Source: Octopus sinensis (lineage: Eukaryota). Taken from it: a DNA stretch of 64,000 nucleotides. The stretch is taken from the NCBI RefSeq assembly GCF_006345805.1, contig NC_043001.1, forward strand, positions 17,608,001 through 17,672,000, written 5' to 3'. How positions within the stretch are numbered: position 1 is the stretch's first letter; each line of letters starts with the position of its first letter. The notes beneath the pieces are model-generated. The model was not told the DNA's origin, did not search any database, and saw only the letters and a list, made by a program, of their open reading frames with translations. Positions 48,495 through 62,532 of this stretch are shown here, in pieces. The translations under genes and the position numbers were made by a program.

Positions 48495-49300
48495 ATACTC
48501 TCTTCCATTTTCTACAATGCTCCTCCATTTGGTAGACTTGTAAGGGCCCTCTTCCAAAATTCACCTGTACTTAACGAAAAATACTCCTCGGATACTGTTC
48601 TAATCTCGTCTACAGAATTCATATTTTGTCCGTCCAAATGATTTTGAAGACTGCGAAACAAATGATAATCAGATGGAGTAATGTCCGGCGAATACGGTCG
48701 GTGGGGTATCGTTTCCCAAACAAACTGCTCCGGCCCTTGGAATGTCATCCTCGCTGTATGTGGCCAAGCATTATCCTGATGGAAGAACAATTTTCGTCTC
48801 GAAACCAAAGATAGTTCGTTTCTCTTCTAGCGCTGCTGTCGATGAATGGTTGAATGGCCAAATCTAAGCTTCTCTGCTAGTTCCTCAACATTTACGATGG
48901 GATTTTGTTCCACTAGGGTTTGCAGGACGTCCTCGTCGAGCTCTACAAATCTTCCTGGACGAGGCTCGTCTTCTAGGCTGTAGTTTCCGGCTCGGAATTT
49001 CTGGAACTACCTTTGACACTGGCTTACACTTTGACACTGTCCGATCCCCATATACTGCATTAATATTCCACGCACTTTCCATTGCATTGTTGCCTTTACT
49101 GAACTCATAAAGCAAAATATGTTAAATATGCTCCTTTGTCACTTCCATTAGAGATTTGAAAAAATTAACTATTAAAATCGAACTGCACTCTTCAAAACTT
49201 GTACCAAGAATAAGCACACGGTAAAATTACTACCTGCTTTTACAGCAAGTTGCAGCAGGTAGTTTAATCCCGACCCCCTCTGACTTTTGATTCATGCAAT
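48495..49300 (-). mobile_element. Degenerate, internally deleted mariner remnant
   Basis: ORF fragments MLYEFSKGNNAMESAWNINAVYGDRTVS (HTH) and HQDNAWPH...PYSPDITPSDYHLFRSLQNHL. Confidence 0.88.
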
Positions 49301-49539
49301 TGATAAAACCGCATTATTTATGGGATGCCCCAATAACAAAATGTCATTTACTGCAAACGTCAAAAGGATCGCAGAAAAATGAAAGACAAACACGGCAGAG
49401 GCGTAATTTGAACTCGGAACTTAGAGCGATGTAACAAATTACAGAAGAAATATTTTGTGTGATGTATCGTCGCTTTAACCACTCCACCGACACTCTTCTC
49501 CAAAATATTCTTTCTACTATAGGCACAAGGCTTGAAATT

Positions 49540-50322
49540 ATAGGGGGAAAAACAAATCGATTACATCGACCCCAGTGCTAGACTGCAACATATTTCATCG
49601 ACCCCGGAAGGATTAAAAAACAAAGTTGAGCTTGTCGGAGTTTGAACTCAGAATGTAAGAAACCGGAAGAAATACAGATAAGCGTTTTGTCGGACGCGCT
49701 AACAATTCTTATTTCTTTATTGCCCACAAGGGGCTAAACATAGAGAGGACAAACAAGAACAGACAAACGGATTAAGTCAATTATATCGACCCCAATGCGT
49801 AACTGGTACTTATTTTATCGACCCCGAAATGATGAAAGATGAAGTCGACCTTGGCGCAATTTGAACTCAGAACGTAACGACAGACGAAATACCTATTTCT
49901 TTACTACCCACAAGGGGCTAAACACAGAGGGGACAAACAAGGACAGACAAAACGGATTAAGTCGATTACATTGACCCCAGTGCGTAACTGGTACTTAATT
50001 TATCGACTCCGAAATGATGAAAGGCAAAGTCGACCTCGGCGGAATCTGAACTCAGAACGTAACGGCAAACGAAATACCTATTTCTTTACTACCCACAAGG
50101 GGCTAAACACAGGGGCTAAACACAGAGGGGACAAACAAGAACAGACAAACGGATTAGGTCGATTACATCGATCCCAGTGCATAACTGGTACTTAATTTAT
50201 CGACCCCGAAAGGATGAAAGGCAAAGTCGACCTCGGCGGAATTTGAACTCAGAACGTAGCGGCAGACGAAAAACCGCTAAGCATTTCGCCCGGCGTGCTA
50301 ACGCTTCTGCCAGCTCACCGCC
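49540..50322 (-). mobile_element. SINE family M multimer plus a degenerate copy
   Basis: Three bodies with head at ~50322, preceded by a diverged monomer. Confidence 0.82.
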
Positions 50323-50709
50323 GTCTTCTCTTAAAATATGATTTCAAATCGTGGCACAAGGCCAGAAATTTCTAGGAAGTGGGTAAGTAGATTACGTCGG
50401 CCCCGCTGCTCAACAGATACTTAATTTTATCAAACCCGAAAGTATGAACGGCGACGTCGATCTGGACGGAATTTGAACTCAAAACGCAAACAGCAAAAAT
50501 AAATGTCGCTATCGATTCTGTCCGCTCGCCGCCATCTTATCCCTAGATATCAACCCACCGAATATAAGGATATGGTATATTCTGTTCGGAAGGTGGCAGA
50601 AAACAGTATAAGGTTCGTCCAACCTCAGAATTACCCAATACTATCCGCTAGCATTACTATATACTTCTAGGTTTATGTTTGGGTATTCGTCGTGTATTTT
50701 CTTCGTGTG

Positions 50710-50775
50710 TGTGTGTATACATGTATTTATATAAACATATATATGTATACATATAAATATATATGTATACACGTG

Positions 50776-50822
<47 letters not shown>

Positions 50823-51338
50823 TTATATATACACACACAAATATATATACATATGTATACATACACATGTATATGTATTCATACACATGTATATATATAC
50901 ATGTATATGTATATATACATGTATATGTATATATACATGTATATATATACATGTATATGTATATATACATGTATATATATACATGTATATGTATATATAC
51001 ATGTATATATACATGTATATATAAACATATATATGTATATATACATGTATATATAAACATATATATGTATATATACATGTATATATAAACATATGTATAT
51101 ATACATGTATATATAAACATATGTATATATACATGTATATATAAACATATATATGTATATATACATGTATATATAAACATATATATGTATATATACATGT
51201 ATATATAAACATATATATGTATATATATACATGTATATATAAACATATATATGTATATATATACATGTATATATAAACATATATATGTATATATATACAT
51301 GTATATATAAACATATATATATATATATAATATATATG

Positions 51339-51372
<34 letters not shown>

Positions 51373-51764
51373 CATGTATATATAACATATATATATATGT
51401 ATATATATACATGTATATATAAACATATATATATGTATATATACATGTATATATAAACCTATATATTTATATATACATGTATATATAAACATATATGTAT
51501 ATATGCACGTATATATAAACATATATGTTTATATGCACGTATGTATATACATATATATGCATGTATATATATATACATATATATGTATATAACATGCATA
51601 TATATATATACATATATAAATGTATATACATGCATATATATATATGTATATACATGCATATATATATATACACACACACAAATATATATATATATATGTA
51701 TATAGACATGTATATACATGTATACATACATATATATATATAAATGTATATATGCATATATACA

Positions 51765-51802
<38 letters not shown>

Positions 51803-51874
51803 GACATGTATATATACATGTATATGTATACATACATATATATATATATATAAATGTATATATGCATATATACA

Positions 51875-51910
<36 letters not shown>

Positions 51911-52617
51911 CATGTATGTATATCTATATACATTAATATATATACATGAGGATATATATATGCATGTAGATACACATATACATATATACATGTATAAATA
52001 CATATATATATATACATATGTACATATACATATGTACATATACATTTATATATACATATACATGTATGCGTATACATGTATATGAATACATATACATGTG
52101 TATGTATACATATACATGTGTATGTATACATATGTACATATGCATGTATATATACATGTATATGTATATGTATATATACATATGTATATGTATATATACA
52201 TATGTATATATATATACATATATATGCATATGTACATGCATATATACATGTAAATGTATATATGCATGTATATGTCTATATACATATATTTGTATGTGTA
52301 TATATATATGTGTATATATATATATGTGTATATGTTTATATACATGTAAATGTGTATATACACGTATATGTATACATTCATAAATATGTATATATACATG
52401 TATATATATACATATATATGTATATATACATGTGTAAGTGCGTGTATATATATATATTCATGTATATGTATATATACATGTATATGTGTATATATATATA
52501 TACACATGTATATGCATATGTATCTGTATATATACATGTATATGTGTGTATGTATATATACATATGTATATGTATATTTGTATATATGCATGCAAATGTA
52601 TATATATATACATATAC

Positions 52618-52649
<32 letters not shown>

Positions 52650-52803
52650 TTGTATATATACATGTATATATATATATATATACACATATATATGTATATA
52701 TTTGTCTATATACATGTATATGTATATATATGTATATATATGTATATATTTGTCTATATACATGTATATGTATATATAATGTATATATGCATATATACAT
52801 GCA

Positions 52804-52835
<32 letters not shown>

Positions 52836-52905
52836 GACATGTATATATACATGTATATGTATACATACATATATATATATATAAATGTATATATGCATAT
52901 ATACA

Positions 52906-52941
<36 letters not shown>

Positions 52942-53652
52942 CATGTATGTATATCTATATACATTAATATATATACATGAGGATATATATATGCATGTAG
53001 ATACACATATACATATATACATGTATAAATACATATATATATATACATATGTACATATACATATGTACATATACATTATATATACATATACATGTATGCG
53101 TATACATGTATATGAATACATATACATGTGTATGTATACATATATATATGCGTATGTAGACATATATATATATATGCATATGTATATATACATGTTATAT
53201 ATATATGTATATATACATATGTATATGTATATATACATATGTATATATATATACATATATATGCATATGTACATGCATATATACATGTAAATGTATATAT
53301 GCATGTATATGTCTATATACATATATTTGTATGTGTATATATATATGTGTATATATATATATGTGTATATGTTTATATACATGTAAATGTGTATATACAC
53401 GTATATGTATACATTCATAAATATGTATATATACATGTATATATATACATATATGTATATATACATGTGTAAGTGCGTGTATATATATATATTCATGTAT
53501 ATGTATATATACATGTATATGTGTATATATATATATACACATGTATATGCATATGTATCTGTATATATACATGTATATGTGTGTATGTATATATACATAT
53601 GTATATGTATATTTGTATATATGCATGCAAATGTATATATATATACATATAC

Positions 53653-53684
<32 letters not shown>

Positions 53685-54480
53685 TTGTATATATACATGT
53701 ATATATATATATATATATACACATATATATGTATATATATATATGTATATATACATGTATATGTATATATATGTATATATATGTATATATTTGTCTATAT
53801 ACATGTATATGTATATATATGTATATATACATATACATGCATATGTATATATACATGTTATATATATATGTGTGTGTGTGTGTGTATAGATATGTATACA
53901 TTCATAAATATGTATATATACATGTATATATACTCATATATATGTATATGTATATATACATGTATATGTGTGCATATATATATACACATGTATATGTATC
54001 TGTATATATACATATACTTACCTATGTGTATATACATATATATGCATATGTATACATACATATATAAGCATATGTATACATATATATATGCGTATGTAGA
54101 CATATATATATATATATATATGCATATGTATACATATATATCCATATGTATACATATATATCCATATGTATACATATATATCCACATGTATACATACATA
54201 TCCACATGTATACATACATATCCACATGTATACATACATATCCACATGTATACATACATATCCACATGTATACATACATATCCACATGTATACATACATA
54301 TCCACATGTATACATACATATCCATATGTATACATACATATCCATATGTATACATACATATCCATATGTATACATACATATATATGCATATGTATATACA
54401 TACATATATATGCATATGTATATACATACATATATATGCATATACATACATATATATGCATATGCATATATACATCTATA
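50710..54480. repeat. (TA)-derived complex satellite, ~3.8 kb
   Basis: Near-continuous TA/CA/TG alternation, an internal ~1.03-kb duplication, and 12 x 20-bp tcca(c/t)atgtatacata(c/t)ata at 54141-54380. Confidence 0.95.
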
Positions 54481-54497
54481 GAATATGTGTATACATA

Positions 54498-54693
54498 CGT
54501 GTGGGTACTGAAAAGTTCCAGCCTTTAACGGTGCCGCAATAATCCTTGCAAGCTCTTTTGCAGCCCTTAACATAACTTAAGGACCACTGTACCGTGTCAA
54601 TCTGCGAAGGGAATATGTTGACTAAAATCACACTTAACTGATCGTCCTGTATTTTCTGTTGCTCAAAGCCAGGAACATTTCAGCATCTCCTCG
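54498..54693. mobile_element. Mariner-derived MITE (196 bp)
   Basis: TA+cgtgtgggtactgaaaagttcc ... ggaacatttcagcatctcctcg+TA. Confidence 0.72.
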
Positions 54694-54781
54694 TATATGC
54701 ACATAAATATATACACATTTATGTGTATATATGCACATATATTATTTGTCGGGGGGGGGGTAATTCTATTTTAGTGCCTTA

Positions 54782-55164
54782 CTAGCAGTATCGCCCGGCG
54801 TTGCTCAGGTTTGTAAGGGAAATAACTATAAAGCCTTTTTAGAGAGTTATAGCCAAAAAATAGCAAAAAAATGGAAAAAAATGATGGTAAATTTTTTTTT
54901 TAGTTAAAAAAGGTGGAGTTGCGTCCCCTAGACAGTTTCCGGTTTGTGTTTCTGATTCTCGACCCCATGTCGAATTTATCGATTCTTTTGTGAACTGGGG
55001 GAACTTTTCAAAATTTTGGCTGCGTTAGTTTTGAATTATGACATTGGGCTATGTGTGTGTCAAGTTTCATCAGAATCGGTTGAAAGCCGTGGTCAGGGTG
55101 AGAGTACAAGCAAACAGACACACAGAAACACGCACAGACAAACTGCCGTTTATATATAGAGAGA
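54782..55164 (-). mobile_element. Chimeric Helitron-like element (family C 5' part, family B 3' part)
   Basis: 54950-55164 matches 48290-48489; 54782-54900 matches the family B 3' end. Confidence 0.72.
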
Positions 55165-55268
55165 TTACTTAACACGTTCACCGGTTCGATATCCAGTCAT
55201 TGCGCCTTGCAACCTTGTTAATTTGCAAGACGGCAACGAAAATTTTAGTAAAAAGTAAATAAGTAAAT

Positions 55269-55655
55269 ATAGGCGTTGGAGTGGCTGTGTGGTAAGTAGC
55301 TTGGTTACCAACCACATGGTTCAGGGTTCAGTCCCACTACCTAGCAGCACCTTGGGCGAAGTGTCTTCTACTATAGCCTCGGGCCGACCAAAGCCTTGTG
55401 AGTGGATTTGGTAGACGGAAACTGAAAGAAGCTCGTCGTATATATGTATATATTTGTATGTGTGTGTATGTGTTTGTGTGTCTGTGTTTTTCCCCCCAAC
55501 ATCGGTTGACAACCGATACTGGTGTGTTTGCATCCCCGTAAGTTAGCGGTTCGGCAAAAGAGACCGATAGAATAAGTCCCGGGGTCGATTTGCTCGACTA
55601 AAGGTGGTGCTCCAGCATGGCCACAGTCAAATGACTGAAACAAGTAAAAGAGTAA
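55269..55655 (+). mobile_element. SINE family C
   Basis: Full consensus match. Confidence 0.87.
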
Positions 55656-56266
55656 GTAAATAATGAGTGGAAATCGAACCGGTGTGTGTGTTAAGTAATA
55701 AGGCAGTAAAAGAGAATGACTCTCCCCAGACACAATAAAACATGCTTCAGCACACGAATTCACATAAGGAATCTTGCAAACCCAATGCAAATACGAAATA
55801 TACATGTATAATTTTATTCATATTTAGCAGAAGTAACAGCGTGGTAAGTGCCAACGCACGACACTCTCGGACCTTGAGTCACTCTGTTACTTCTAAATAT
55901 TAATAAAAATATACATATACTCATATTTTGGGTTCTCTTTTTCTTGTTTGCACCAACATACCTGTATATAGATAGACAGACAGACAGATAGGTAGATAGA
56001 TGGATAAAACTTGGAAAAGGATGCGTGGCGTTCGATCATATAATAATATAAATAATATATATATATATATATGTGCATATATAAGCACTTATTTACACGC
56101 ATATAATTATACATATATATAATATGCATATTGTATATAGCCGAAATTGCTACGATGATCCGGTTCTTGACTGAAGATTGAAGGCTTCGAATGTCGCGTC
56201 CGTGTTTTTTGTATCGTCTTCTAAATGTTTTACGTTCTTGTTCCAGTTTGTATTTTTCTACATATA

Positions 56267-56315
<49 letters not shown>

Positions 56316-56339
56316 ATATATGTGTGGGTGTGTGTGTTG

Positions 56340-56398
<59 letters not shown>

Positions 56399-56575
56399 CG
56401 TTTAAATATTTGTTGTGCAAGATTTTTATGTGAAGTCGTGTGTGTGAAACAGATATTGTTATATTTCGGAATGGTCATATTGCCAGTTTAGCCAATAAAA
56501 ACACACGCACTATATATTTGGTGTTATTTTGCTTCAGTGATATTTATTTTTTACATTATCTTAATCTTATTTCGG

Positions 56576-56615
56576 CCAAAGTTCTTTCGTCACACTCCTG
56601 TGACCGCATCAGTGG
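56576..56615 (-). ncRNA. Hammerhead-like motif in the other Penelope pseudo-LTR copy
   Basis: Exact reverse complement of 59880-59919. Confidence 0.58.
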
Positions 56616-57073
56616 TCCTTGTTTTCTTCTCACTTACTTGGGTCTCTCCTTACTAACCGTCAGCCATTTTGTATTTCTATTGTATGTCTTCATTTGCGCA
56701 TGCTTATATCTCTATGTGCGTCTATGTTTATTTAGTGTGTGGGGGGGGATGCCTGTAATATTTGTATCTTCTGGTTATATACATTCTTGTAATTTGTATT
56801 TTGTTTTTGTTGTTGTTGCTTTTGTTCTAATTTTGTTCATGTGTTTACATCCACCCATTATTATCATTACATATGCTTGTATGTATGTATAACAACAATA
56901 TTAGAAATAATAATAATAAATCTAATCGAAAAAAAAAAAAATATATACATATATATATATATACATACATATACATATACATACATATATACACACATAC
57001 ATACACATATAGATATTCATTTCTATTTCTTTAATTACCTGTGTATTTATTATGTTTGCAGGATCCACTATTG

Positions 57074-58856
57074 TCATATGTTGTGGTGTGCGCTATTGCT
57101 CCATTCTAGTTTTCTATTCAGGCTAGGTTTATTTTCTATTATATGTGTAGCTTCTGTAATTTGTCTAATTGTTGCATCTGTTCTATGTGTGGACAATATC
57201 TTAATCTCTATGTTATTGATTGATCCCCCGTGTTCTTGTTCGGCGTGTTGGTACAGAATCGATGAGCTTTTACCTTCCTTGAGTTGTCTCCAATGTTCAT
57301 TCACCCGCTCACCAATGCTTTTTGCAGTTTCCCCTACGTATGTTACTGTCTTGTTACTGCATCGTCCCTCTATACATCTTATACTATAGACCACATTTCT
57401 GGCTTTACAGTTCGTTTGTGGGCTAAATCTACATACAGTGCAATAGTTATCCGTACAGAGAGTTCTACTAAAAGGATAGCTTCTACCAATTATAGATCTG
57501 ATAGGGTTGCCTGGCTTTTCAACAACCTTAATTCTTAGTTTAAGTTTATCTAGGGTCTTCTAAAGCGGTACGCTAGTTCACCTCCAGGGGTGGTGTCAAC
57601 GAACATGACACTCTGGTATTTATGGCTATCATACCAAGAGTTGGCCTTCCCTATTTTCTTTTTTGTCCTTTCTATAGTGTTCCATGACTTGTTCCTATAG
57701 AGTGGGCAAATCCCATTCCTATCATTACATAATATATTATCAAATTTCTTCATGGCTCCTTTGTATACCCTGATCCTTTCTTTATGGCTGTAACCTGAGA
57801 ACTGCATGCAGTGAATGAAATACTGTATGTGTCTCTTTAATTCTGTAGGCTCGCACATGCGTGACACATTTCTCATTATTCTGACGAGGTCTGCCATCAA
57901 AATATTGAATTTGGCATTGCCCGCAATGGCTGAGTTCCGGTGGATCAGGTATTTGAGGCCATAGGTTTTGCATAGTATGAATGAAGGATTTGGGTTTTAT
58001 TTTTCACAATTTCTAGCCAGAGTTCAGTGTCTAGTACTGGTAGTCTATGGTTGGGGTGTTTAGTGGGGTAGTCTATTGTGACCTTAATACTCTGGGGGAT
58101 GGAGTTAGCTATTTGCTGGATGCTCTCCATAGTATTAGTTTCTATTACTATATCAACAGTACTTTCTTGTGGGGGTGCCTTTACTACTATATTGATATCA
58201 TCAACATAGCGAGAGTACATGTTTACGAGTATGGATTTCTGCAGTAGGCATTCTTTAAGCCTTCTGTCCCACCATACCATGAAGAGGTTGGCCACATCAC
58301 CAGCGATACTAACACCGATGGCTGCCCCCTCGTCCTGGGCATATATTTTATTATTAAATTTAAATGTGTGGCCTTTTAGGGTAACTCTTATACTAGCTCC
58401 TAGTGCATGTGCGATCATTTTCTTTACCTGATGGACATTTGCGGGGCTCCGTATGGCTCTGGTCCATCCGCGCCATCTTTCTATATGTGTCTTCCTAGCC
58501 ATAGAAGTAATTGTAGGCGGTCTACCTCTTAAACATCTACTGGGGCAGAAACTACTAAGATTATGTTTATCTAAGTATTCACTATTATATGTCAGTCTAA
58601 GTAGGAGGCCCAGTTCTTCTGTGTCGACATTACAGAACTCCACCTGGCTCTCGTTGATCATCTCCACGCACTTCCCCACTGCAAAATCTACGTCAATCGA
58701 TGGGTATAGGGATACCACATCCATGCTACCTACTATACATCCTGTCAAGTCACAAGTTTTGTTACAGTCATTGATCCTGCTTAGGAGATCTTCTGTGCTG
58801 TCACACACATCAGGTGACATCCTGATTATAGGGAGTATGATCATTGAGAGGAAGTA
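57074..58856 (-). pseudogene. Penelope-type RT + GIY-YIG polyprotein, 5'-truncated and frameshifted in this assembly
   Basis: RT motifs GSMDVVSLYPSI, FKFNNKIYAQDEGAAIGVSIAGDVANLFM, YSRYVDDI, LPVLD. Endonuclease motifs VVYSIRC...YVGETAKSIGERVNEH...EATHIIENKPSLN. Confidence 0.9.
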
Positions 58857-59879
58857 TATGATAGCCATAAATACCAGAGTGTCATGTTCGTTGACACCAC
58901 CCCTGGAGGTGAACTAGCGTACCGCTTTAGAAGGACCCTAGATAAACTTAAACTAAGAATTAAGGTTGTTGAAAAGCCAGGCAACCCTATCAGATCTATA
59001 ATTGGTAGAAGCTATCCTTTTAGTAGAACTCTCTGTACGGATAACTATTGCACTGTATGTAGATTTAGCCCACAAACGAACTGTAAAGCCAGAAATGTGG
59101 TCTATAGTATAAGATGTATAGAGGGACGATGCAGTAACAAGACAGTAACATACGTAGGGGAAACTGCAAAAAGCATTGGTGAGCGGGTGAATGAACATTG
59201 GAGACAACTCAAGGAAGGTAAAAGCTCATCGATTCTGTACCAACACGCCGAACAAGAACACGGGGATCAATCAATAACATAGAGATTAAGATATTGTCCA
59301 CACATAGAACAGATGCAACAATTAGACAAATTACAGAAGCTACACATATAATAGAAAATAAACCTAGCCTGAATAGAAAACTAGAATGGAGCAATAGCGC
59401 ACACCACAACATATGACAATAGTGGATCCTGCAAACATAATAAATACACAGGTAATTAAAGAAATAGAAATGAATATCTATATGTGTATGTATGTGTGTA
59501 TATATGTATGTATATGTATATGTATGTATATATATATATGTATATGTATATATTTTTTTTTTTTTCGATTAGATTTATTATTATTATTACTAATATTGTT
59601 GTTATACATACATACAAGCATATGTAATGATAATAATGGGTGGATGTAAACACATGAACAAAATTAGAACAAAAGCAACAACAACAAAAACAAAATACAA
59701 ATTACAAGAATGTATATAACCAGAAGATACAAATATTACAGGCATCCCCCCCCACACACTAAATAAACATAGACGCACATAGAGATATAAGCATGCGCAA
59801 ATGAAGACATACAATAGAAATACAAAATGGCTGACGGTTAGTAAGGAGAGATACAAGTAAGTGAGAAGAAAACAAAGGA

Positions 59880-59919
59880 CCACTGATGCGGTCACAGGAG
59901 TGTGACGAAAGAACTTTGG
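59880..59919 (+). ncRNA. Hammerhead-like motif (A9>C) in the Penelope pseudo-LTR
   Basis: CCA-CUGAUGC-G-[GUCACA GGAG UGUGAC]-GAAAG-AA-CUU^-UGG. Identical mirror copy at 56576-56615 (-). Confidence 0.58.
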
Positions 59920-60157
59920 CCGAAATAAGATTAAGATTAATGTAAAAAACTAAATATCACTGAAGCAAAATAACACCAAATATATAGTGCGTGTGTTTTT
60001 ATTGGCTAAACTGGCAATATGACCATTCCGAAATATAACAATATATATATATATATATAGAGAGAGAGTTATATTTGTAGAAAATAGAAATAAGCGGTCT
60101 TTGACTGCTATTTCTAATTTTTCGGTATGTGGCTAAGCAATCCGTTGCTTGCCCTTG

Positions 60158-60209
<52 letters not shown>

Positions 60210-60278
60210 AATATATTTAAGTGTGTGTGTAAAAAAATGTGTGTATATATTATATACCACTTTCATATATTGTTATAT

Positions 60279-60310
<32 letters not shown>

Positions 60311-60392
60311 GTGACGCATATTTGCCATTTGAATATGGCTAACCCCTAAGGGTGGATGCTACTGTAGTTTATAACTCGCTCTGAGATTTATC

Positions 60393-60435
<43 letters not shown>

Positions 60436-60679
60436 GTAATGTATGTATATGTGTGTGTGTGTCTGTGTGTATAAAGCGCTTATTTTGAAAATTATGAATA
60501 GCGTTTGTTTTATAAAACGAATCTTTTTTATTATCAAAAGACACTTTAATCTCGCAGAGCCCCCATCATTTATTTATTTTGGTTTAGACTTGCTTTGAAA
60601 CTATTTTGAGAAACCTGTTCTAAACATCAACAATAATAATAATAACAAACACCCAACGATAACAACAACATTGTTGTTC

Positions 60680-62280
60680 CTCCATCGCCACCATCGCCAC
60701 CATCTCCACTACCACCGCCATCGTCACCATCTCCACTACCACCGCCATCGCCACCATCTCCACTACCACCGCCATCACCACCATCTCCACCACTACCACC
60801 GCCATCGCCACCATCTCCACTACCACCGCCATCGCCACCATCTCCACTACCACCGCCATCGCCACCATCTCCACTACCACCGCCATCGCCACCATCTCCA
60901 CCACTACCACCGCCATCGTCACCATCTCCACTACCACCGCCATCGCCACCATCTCCACTACCACCGCCATCGCCACCATCTCCACCACTACCACCGCCAT
61001 CGTCACCATCTCCACTACCACCGCCATCGCCACCATCTCCACTACCACCGCCATCGCCACCATCTCCACCACTACCACCGCCATCGCCACCATCTCCACT
61101 ACCACCGCCATCGCCACCATCTCCACCACTACCACCGCCATCGCCACCATCCACACTACCACCGCCATCGCCACCATCTCCACTACCACCGCCATCGCCA
61201 CCATCTCCACCACTACCACCGCCATCGCCACCATCTCCACTACCGCCCGCCGCCATCGCCACCATCTCCACTACCGCCGCCATCGCCACCATCTCCACTA
61301 CCACCGCCATCGCACCATCTCCACTACCACCGCCATCGCCACCATCTCCACCACTACCACCGCCATCGCCACCATCTCCACTACCGCCGCCATCGCCACC
61401 ATCTCCACTACCACCGCCATCGCCACCATCTCCACCACCACCGCCATCGCCACCATCTCCACCACTACCACCGCCATCGCCACCATCTCCACTACCACCG
61501 CCATCGCCACCATCTCCACCACTACCACCGCCATCGCCACCATCTCCACTACCGCCGCCATCGCCACCATCTCCACTACCACCGCCATCGCCACCATCTC
61601 CACTACCACCGCCATCTCCACCACTACCACCGCCATCGCCACCATCTCCACTACCGCCGCCATCGCCACCATCTCCACTACCACCGCCATCGCCACCATC
61701 TCCACCACTACCACCGCCATCGCCACCATCTCCACTACCACCGCCATCGCCACCATCTCCACCACTACCACCGCCATCGCCACCATCTCCACTACCGCCG
61801 CCATCGCCACCATCTCCACTACCACCGCCATCGCCACCATCTCCACTACCACCGCCATCGCCACCATCTCCACCACTACCACCGCCATCGCCACCATCTC
61901 CACTACCGCCGCCATCGCCACCATCTCCACTACCACCGCCATCGCCACCATCTCCACTACCACCGCCATCGTCACCGTCACCATCTCCACTGCCGCCGCC
62001 ATCGCCACCATCTCCACTACCACCGCCATCGCCACCATCTCCACTACCACCGCCATCGCCACCATCTCCACTACCACCACCACCATCACCATCACCACTA
62101 CCACCGCCATCGCCACCATCTCCACTACCACCGCCATCGCCACCATCTCCACTACCACCGCCATCGCCACCATCTCCACTACCACCACCACCATCACCAT
62201 CACCACTACCACCGCCATCGCCACCATCTCCACTACCACCGCCATCGCCACCATCTCCACCATCGCCACCATCTCCACCG
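60680..62280. repeat. 27/30-bp GC-rich minisatellite (ccactaccaccgccatcgccaccatct)n
   Basis: Direct inspection: triplet-periodic unit with 30-bp variants and two 1-bp indels (~61245, ~61313). Confidence 0.95.
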
Positions 62281-62532
62281 GCACCGCGATTTGAACGCGA
62301 GAATGATTTATCTAAGTAATTGCCATGAAGTATCCGCTTCGATGGTCTGACTAAAACAAAATATTTTTGCACGGCCTAAATATTTGCGCATAATGCTTGT
62401 TACTATTGTGTTAATCGTAGGTCGTTTTCGATTACTTTACATGATTATCTTAGGTGAGCCAACACGCGTGGAATCCTCCTCCGGGCCCCACTCACCTTGG
62501 TTACTACACCCGGTGATAATCATCGAGAGATA

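Larger units (their letters stand above)
56453..60044 (-). mobile_element. 5'-truncated Penelope-like retroelement with inverted pseudo-LTR
   Basis: Minus-strand RT (57945-58856) followed by GIY-YIG (57074-57394). Segment 56453-57633 is repeated in inverted orientation at 58857-60044, near-identically. Confidence 0.93.

Noticed and set aside
50641-54573. Many long ORFs (YIYI/CIYT-type, up to 507 aa)
   Set aside because: Translations of (TA)-derived satellite, open in many frames, with no protein features.
55822-55900. Short hairpin agaagtaacag/ctgttacttct
   Set aside because: Only ~11-16 bp arms, no ribozyme core, TSD or second copy in the window.
56140-56200. CUGAAGA...CGAAUG motif (similar at ~17680-17715)
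   Set aside because: Lacks the GAAA/A15.1-U16.1 element and a clear stem I; too degenerate.
62485-62530. Strong donor-like AAG|gtgagt on the minus strand
   Set aside because: No supportable exon upstream; it abuts a SINE insertion and is not phase-linked to the gene.
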